From NCBI GenBank assembly GCA_964016885.1, contig OZ024741.1:301444001-301508000 (forward strand): 64,000 nt of DNA, in the 5' to 3' direction. The stretch comes from Eledone cirrhosa. Taxonomy: Eukaryota. The position numbers were made by a program, and so were the translations under genes. Position 1 is the stretch's first letter, and every line of letters starts with the position of its first letter. The notes under the pieces are model-generated. The model worked only from the letters and a program-made list of their open reading frames with translations, did not search any database and was not told the origin of the DNA. Shown piece by piece: positions 56,376-64,000 of the stretch.

Positions 56376-57602
56376 AATATTTGCTGAATAACTGTGAAAA
56401 CTAATTTTGATAAAACCACAGTGTGAATAATTGTGTTTTTATATAACTGCTCAAAAGAATATATATTTGTTTATTATTCCTATTTAGACAACGTCCTTTT
56501 GTTTATTATTCCTATTTAGACAACATCCTGGTGTAATACAAACCTAGTTTAGTCTACATTACATAACAAACACCCAAAAAATATCTATCAATCTTGATCA
56601 AAGCAAAACGTTTAACATGTTTTAGTATGTACTTTCGGCAAGCTCCATAACAATTTTTTAGCACTTTCAGTCTAGTTGGAGTTTAGTTTGGACATGTATA
56701 CTTAGTGGTTTATAACAAAGCTATATCTTTTATGGAGAGAAATGATTGAGTAATATAGTTATCTAATTGTGGAATACGATAGAATATTGAAGGAAGAGAT
56801 CAGATTGCATCGCATGGCCTTGTAACATTTTCTGGTCAGCTGAAAGGTATGTTTCATGCACAATATGGGCGGCAGCAGCACCGTTACAGATTCACAGTGC
56901 AGTGTGCAGACCTCCTTGAGACGGCGAATGTCTCAGACTTCGAAACATTAATTTTCATTCGTTTGCCGTAATATACTGAAAGAGACCTCTTCTTGGTGAT
57001 ATGAATCACTGGTTTTACTCGGCTGGCATACACACATATCCAACCGCATACGCACACTTCTTCTCATTACAGTTATAACTTAAATTGATTGAAAATTATT
57101 TTCGACTAACCAATCTAATACGATAACCTGCTCTTAATTATGTTCTTCATGGAGGGATAACCCATGGAAATATTCTAATGTCATTATTTTAATTTGTCGA
57201 ATCATTGAATTATTTTCACACGAATTACTATATCTATTAATCCTGCTAAGGCTTTGATAGCATTGTAGTCTTGCAACGTAAAACACGTCTGCAGATGTCG
57301 CCACTCCTAAATATCAGACCTATTCACACAGCAACATATCTCCATATCATATTCCCTTGATTGAAATTTCGGCAGTCCTCTCACGCGTCACGTATCAGAT
57401 TAAATTTCATTAACACTAATGATTTGCTTGCCATAATGGTTGTAATATCAATTGATTAAATATTATATTCAGCTGACCAATTTATCTTTGACTTCCTACA
57501 TTTAACTATATTTTCTTCAGGCATAAGGCACACTTGGGGGAAATTCCTTGTTCCACATATATATATATATATATTATATATATAATTTATATATATATAT
57601 AT

Positions 57603-57637
<35 letters not shown>

Positions 57638-58087
57638 ATATGTGTGTGTGTATGGAGAGAGAGAGAGAGAGAAATATTGAGAGGTATACACATTATTTCA
57701 TATAGTGGGGCGCAATATTTATCGTGTGGTTGGAAAGATCTATGCATAATAATGAGGTCCTGGGTTTGGGAACCTGGTGTTGCTGTTGTTATTGTTTTTT
57801 TTTGTGTGTTTTTTTATTATACACTCACCTTGTGCGATAAATTGGGCAAATGACGGATATCAGTCCGTTTGACAGTAGCTGTAATTCAAAAGACACACTT
57901 TGTTACATGTTATGTCAATGTTTCTATATCAGAATTACGTTAAACTTATCCACACATGTCTACTCTGTACGCTTCTTGTATGTGTAGCTTGTTAACTTTA
58001 TTAAATAATTGGACACTCATAGGACGAACCAGGTGGTAGACATACTCTCTCTTTCTCTCTCCCTCTCTCTCTCTCTCTTTCTCTCTT

Positions 58088-58185
<98 letters not shown>

Positions 58186-59136
58186 GACTTTGATGATTTC
58201 TTTTGAATGAGACAGTTCAAGTCACCACCCATAGCATGATTATTGATATTCCTTCGTACATATTCCTTTATTACTCTTGAAATATGTTTCACCAATATAT
58301 AGTATAGTTCAATAGTCAATCAAGGATCTTCAGCGAAGGAAATTGAGCTATCTGAACTTACACGCATGAGATACAAAGCAAGGACTAACGGAAGACGCAC
58401 GTGGTTTGTGGAAAACCGGCAGAGCAGAACCGGTGAGTGACAGACTATATATATATATATATATATAAGGGAACAAAGAATCAGTGTTGCATCATATACA
58501 TATTTAATTACATATTACATATTTTTCACTTGTGATCAGCTTGAGGAATGATCGATTAATGATCGATCCTGACACTGGAATCAGAGGCTCCGCAGACATG
58601 TGTTAACATGTAGACTCGTGTCTAAGAATGGTTGGATATTTAAGTCCGAGATTATCATGTCTTGCAGACACCACCGGGAATGCACTTTTTCCGCGTTTAA
58701 CTTTCCCAGATAGGAGCTTAACAAGTGCTTGGTGCATGTAGACAACGGGAGTCAGGCCCACCCGTGCACTGGGGTGGCCCTGCGTTTTGTTGAACACCTG
58801 AACCAGCCTTTGAGCCCACTCTGCATGTACAACTTAGCACATATTAGAAGGCATACATACGCAAGGACATTCCCATGTACGTACTACGTACTCGTACATA
58901 AAATCTAACACAACGTAAAATGTATGTGTATAGGCACACGCACACATACGCAATCACACCATATGGGCACATACCGAACTTGATCATACATCCTTGCTTT
59001 CGGAAAATTCCTTTCCATGGTCGGCTATGTCCTCTCTACAGAGAACCGTCAGCCAGATTCTATTTGAAATCAGCCTAGACTTTCACTACTCCTGTCGCTT
59101 CTCCAACTTATCAATCTATATTATTTTTTTTAAAAC

Positions 59137-59464
59137 TGAGTTCAAATCCCGCCGAGGTTAACTTTGCCTTTCATCCTTACTGGGTCGATAAAATAAATGA
59201 CCAGTAATGCACTGGGTAATTGCTGGCCTTGTGTCAAAAGTAGAAACAATTATTTTTTTTAACTGGAAAGGGCGGTGGATTGGCAATATCGGTAGAGGGT
59301 CGGACGCCATGCTTTGCAGCAAAGAGTTACGGCCCTTTATGGTCTGAGTTCAAATCCCGCCGAGGTTAACTTTGCCTTTCATCCTTACGGGGGTTGATAA
59401 AATAAAGTACCAGTAATAAACTGTGATAACTGCTGACCTTGTGCCAAAAGTAGAAACAATTATT
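59137..59464 (+). mobile_element. Two tandem Deu/Nin-type SINEs (truncated 59137-59253; full 59270-59464)
   Basis: Family motifs are present, and attattttt(t)aa(aa)ctg occurs before, between and after the copies. Confidence 0.88.
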
Positions 59465-59694
59465 TTTTTAAAAACTGTATTATGTTTTCATTCTAACACA
59501 GTATTATGTTTGTATGATTTCTTCTACACTTATATCTGTGTGTGTGTGTGTAAGTATATATGTGTGTATGTATATGTGCTTGTATGTATGTGTGTACGTG
59601 CGTGTGAGTGTGTGTGTATGTATGTGGCTATGTGTCTATATAGGTGTGACTGTATGTGTTTGTGTATGTGCAGGAGACAGAGTGTGTGTGCATA

Positions 59695-59752
<58 letters not shown>

Positions 59753-60054
59753 TATATATGTGCGTATATATGTGCATATATATGTGTGTGTATGTAAGTG
59801 TATATATATAAACGTATATAAACGTGCGCGTTTTTATATTCTTTATATTTGTATATGTGCGCTAGTATTTGCCTGGACTACCACTGTATCGTTTTCATTT
59901 TATTTTTATTTTCGCCATTTTTCATTTACTATTTTTATTTATAATTTTTATTTTTTTTATTATTTATTATTTATTATTTATTATTTATTATTTATTATTT
60001 ATTATTTATATTTAATCATATATATATATATATATATAATATATGTCATTGGCA

Positions 60055-60415
60055 GTATAGGCAGAGAGTCTATTTCAAAGAAGGACAACGTTTTATAGTA
60101 AAACACGATTTCACATGTGCATCGGAAAATCTAATATATGGATTAACTTGCTCAGGTTGTCGAGAACAATACATAGGCCAGACCAAAAACAGCCTCCGCC
60201 AACGCATGACTGTCCATAGATCCCAAATTAAAATACGGGAATACAGGAAAATACCACTGAGTGAACACATTGATACCTGTGCCGCCCAAAATCATCCCAA
60301 CTTCAGAATCTTTCCCCTCTACAAATTTAAAGATAATGCCACCCACACCCAGCGCATCAGCAAGGAATCTTACTTCATTAACAAATACGGACCCCGTCTA
60401 AACCCTTCTCCCTAA
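60055..60415 (+). pseudogene. GIY-YIG endonuclease 3' fragment of a second PLE clade (Neptune-like)
   Basis: FTCASENLIYGLTCSGCREQYIGQTKNSLRQRMTVHRSQI...[14 protein letters not shown]. Confidence 0.8.
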
Positions 60416-60479
60416 GACGAACCCACAACATACACACGTCAACATACATACCTACATCAGCACACATCTCTACAAAAAA

Positions 60480-60543
<64 letters not shown>

Positions 60544-60549
<6 letters not shown>

Positions 60550-61690
60550 ACACTTTGGGAGGGTCATGCTGCCAATAAGAAACACACGCACCAGTTGCTT
60601 TCACTTCAATTTAATTTATTAAATATTTATAAATTTACAAATTTATAAATTTCTGGTTGGTTGGTTGGTTCCACAACCAGATAGTTGTTTATATATATAT
60701 AGTCATAGTTCTTTCGTCACACACTCTGTGACCTCTTCAGTGACTGGGGATTTCTTTCTTCGTTTCTGTGCCTTTCCTTTCTTCTATCCTACGCCATTTT
60801 GTTTGTGTGTGGGTTGCGTGCTCAGTTTGCGCATGCGCCACATCCGGGTGTCTGTGTGTGTTTGTGTTCATTTTTCTATTTTTCTATTTATATTTTTCTA
60901 TTTGTTTGTTTATTTATTTATTTATTTATTGTTGGTTGGTTGTTTGTTCTATGTGTGTGTGTGTTTTCATTTTGTCTTGTGTGTGTTTTCATTTTGTGTG
61001 TGTTTTCAATTGTAAGTTGTTTGTTCTATGTGTGTGTGTGTTTTCATTTTGTCCTTAATTGTAAGTTGTGATGTTGCTGTTCCACTCATATTTTCTATTT
61101 AATTTTGGTTTTAATTCTTTTATGCTTACTGCCTCTGTAATTTGCCTAAACATTGCGTCTTTCTTGTGTGTGGATTCTATTTTTATTTCTATGCTCTCTA
61201 ATTTACCCCTGTGTTCTATCTTAGCATGTTGGTAGAGCACAGATGATTCTTTACTATCTTGGAGGTCTCGCCAGTGTTCATTTATTCGTTCCCCTATACT
61301 ACGAGCTGTCTCACCTATGTACACTACATTTTTGTTTCTACATTGTCCTTCAGTACATCTTATGCTATATACTACATTTCTAGTTTTACAGTTAATATGG
61401 GGGCTTATTTTACAGGTTATACATTTCTTATCTATACATGAGGGTCTTTGGAACGGGTATGTCTTGCTAATAAGTGTTTTTACGGAGGTACCAGGTCTTT
61501 CTACTATCTTAATATTGAGATTATGTTTCTTTAGGGCCCTTCTAAATTTGTAGGCTAGTTCGCCTCTAGGGGTTGTATTGATGAACAATATTTTCTTATT
61601 GGCAGCATGACCCTCCCAAAGTGTAACAATATCGGTTTCAACACGCGATTTCAGATAAAGAATCTTGCTAAACAAATTCAGAAACGAAAT
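60544..61690 (-). mobile_element. 5'-truncated PLE (GIY-YIG ORF 61055 to about 61590) with pLTR and short inverted tail-bearing arm 61593-61690
   Basis: CKTRNVVYSIRC...VYIGETARSIGERINEH...RQITEAVSI...LNRKYEW. The inverted repeat covers gttacactttgggagggtcatgctgccaataagaa. Confidence 0.88.
60701..60745 (-). ncRNA. Minimal hammerhead (CUA triplet)
   Basis: agtca-CTGAAGA-ggtcaca-gagtg-tgtgac-GAAAG-aa-CTA-tgact. Confidence 0.75.
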
Positions 61691-61702
61691 ATATACATAT
61701 AT

Positions 61703-61756
<54 letters not shown>

Positions 61757-62286
61757 ATATATGTATATATATATATTGTGAATATATGTATATATATATA
61801 TATATAGTGAGTATCATTTCACACCTTTTATTGTTAAGATGTTTGATGTTCTATTAAGAGAACCGATTTTACTGAAAAAATCGAATAATGTACACCATTT
61901 TACCAGGGGGAAAAAAATACTGGTCCACCCACAAACACACACACACACATACACATATATATATATACACACACACACACACATACACACGCGTACATTA
62001 ACATACAAAGAGACTTATACGCACACACACACACACACATCTCCAAATAAGACAAAAGCTGAAAAACATCTTTTGACATGCTAAAATACCCCCCACTGCT
62101 TACAGACACATTCCTACTGACCATCCCTGCTACCACGAATTACTCTGCTACACACACACACACACACACACTTATCTTAATAGCCATTTGACACACATCC
62201 CTGCTAATCATTATCACAACATCGAACACCTTACTACTACTACTACACACACACACACACATATTTGTTGTGAAAGAGTCATTTCT

Positions 62287-62533
62287 CAGTCTTGGCGCAA
62301 AATCAATTTTTTATTCACATGACCTCTACCGACCAATCAAAATTGTTTTGACCACAAGAATTTTTGCAAACACCAAGTAGCGCTGGAGCCACTTTTTTAA
62401 CATAAAAACAGTCTTGGCGCAAAATCAATTTTTTACATTCACATGACCTCTACCGACCAATCAAAATTGTTTTGACCACAAGAATTTTTGCAACACCAAA
62501 GTAGCGCTGGAGCCACTTTTTTAACATAAAACA
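62287..62533. repeat. About 122-bp tandem duplication
   Basis: cagtcttggcgcaaaatcaattttt...ggagccacttttttaacataaaa occurs twice. Confidence 0.9.
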
Positions 62534-62789
62534 GGTAGAATTCCCAAAACTAATCAGATCAGAGCAAACAACACGGACACTCTATCTCAAAATTATTTTT
62601 GAAAAGCATTTAGAAATGCGCAACCGGTAAAAACTTAAAAACTTAAAACCACAACTGAATACTAACCCATACAATTACTAATACTCTTTTATTCCTAATT
62701 AAACCATTTTTCAACTGTGAACAATTTGTCAGCATTTTCTATTCCGTTTACCAATATATAATAACTTGTGTGTTACACCTCTATTCTTT

Positions 62790-62857
<68 letters not shown>

Positions 62858-62861
<4 letters not shown>

Positions 62862-64000
62862 AAAATGTATGACCTCGACGGCAGAGCTCAAGCAGTTTCT
62901 ACAGCTATTTCTGGATTAAATTAGAATTTTTAGCCTGGTGAATAAATAGCCGAACTTATCAAGGGGGTACTTCCTTATATGGGAAGATTGTAGTTGTCAA
63001 GAGGATTGGTTAAAATTTGTTGTAAACACAAATAAGTCCATCATGGCATTTGGTGGGAGGTAGGGTGGCTGTACTTGCCTGTAGAACAATAGGGGAGTGA
63101 GTGGAACGGTCAAGCATTGAAAGTGATATGTATCCAGCAGATTCTAAGGATAGTGTATGAAATGGAGGAGGGAGGTTATAGAATAGGTAATTCGAATGAG
63201 AGTAGGAGACAATAAAAGATAATAGAAAGAAATAAAAAAATATATAAAATATAAAAATAGATAGTGAGAAATGAATAAAAAAAATCACAATGCTAACTTA
63301 CAATTACAGGTTAATAAGTTGAGAATCGAAAAAACTTGTAGAAATTGAGTAGTAACAAAACTGATACAAAATTAAAGGGATCGAACACATCTGCTATAAG
63401 TAGTTAGTAAAACATAATCAGCCAATTCTATCTTAAAATTACAGGGGTGGGGGAACTGATGCTACAGAGGCCCGAAGGGCTGCATCGGGGTAGGCGAAAG
63501 GGGAAAAGAAGACGAGGAAGAAAATAAGGGGTGGAAGGAAGTGATAGGATGAGACAGGGGGAAGAAGACAAAGAAGTAAAGAAAGTGATACATCTACCTA
63601 TGTAAGCTGGGGTTTCCCCTAACTTATTCGGCAAGTGGGGCGGTATGCGCCCTTGTCTACCCACCCGAGTCGTTATGGTGTTTGAGAGCAAGGTAAATCC
63701 TACGCAATCTTTTTTGCATGCGGTTACCAGTTCGTCTTTTTTGTTTAGGAGTTGGTCCTTCGAAAACATCATTTGTAATGTTTCCTCCGAACATAAGTTA
63801 CAGGGACGGCGTCCATCCGTGTAAAAGTTAACTCTGGACTGAAAGCTCCAAGTGAGATTGTAGGTTATATTATCATCTTGGAGGTCCCAGATGTGGCCCA
63901 AAAGTGTAGTGGCATGTCGCCGGAGTGGGTTTCGGAAAGTATACTCGGTGTTGGTAGAGCCAGGTCTTGAAGTCACACGCGGTTAATCCTATATAAGCTT
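62858..64000 (-). mobile_element. Naiad PLE (GIY-YIG + tail-less pLTR with U3-A8 hammerhead at 62872-62968), continuing beyond the window
   Basis: FRNPLRRHATTL, CNLCSEE and LLNKKDEL motifs, and ccccc-TTGATAA-gttcggcta. Ends at (TA)n. Confidence 0.9.

Noticed and set aside
58538-58589. TTGAGGA-gatcgat/atcgatc-GACA-ctg/cag hammerhead relic
   Set aside because: It needs at least three core substitutions and has no second copy in the window to support it.
61590-61675. N-terminus of the 206-aa ORF as a genuine start of a stand-alone GIY-YIG gene
   Set aside because: This stretch is the antisense of the inverted pLTR and tail, fused in frame by chance to a truncated PLE ORF.

Overview
This is AT-rich, microsatellite-dense animal DNA. 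It is most likely intronic or intergenic octopus/cephalopod sequence, inferred from the SINE families present. I found no confidently identifiable host gene. The window is dominated by Penelope-like retroelements (PLEs): at least six Naiad-type RT/GIY-YIG copies, two other GIY-YIG PLE fragments, and many short non-coding relatives. Almost all sit in (TA)n tracts as inverted pairs of one tail-bearing and one tail-less pseudo-LTR (pLTR) arm. By eye, these pLTRs contain about nine distinct type-I hammerhead ribozyme (HHR) families. Unusual HHR features include a roughly 116-nt stem II, a U3-A8 compensatory core, recurrent non-Watson-Crick 10.1/11.1 pairs and palindromic stem III. Three loci are non-coding, terminally redundant one-HHR units of 322, 501 and 531 bp that look like retrozyme or circular-RNA-derived insertions. 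One of them starts 3 nt from its own predicted cleavage site. A young 9.7-kb Naiad copy forms a 2 x 4.2-kb inverted repeat. Also present: Deu/Nin- and CORE-type tRNA SINEs, a CR1-group LINE, RTE and CRE-like LINE relics, and hAT and Chapaev-like DNA transposon relics. All calls are by eye and no folding, alignment or database search was run. Ribozyme activity is inferred, not shown.
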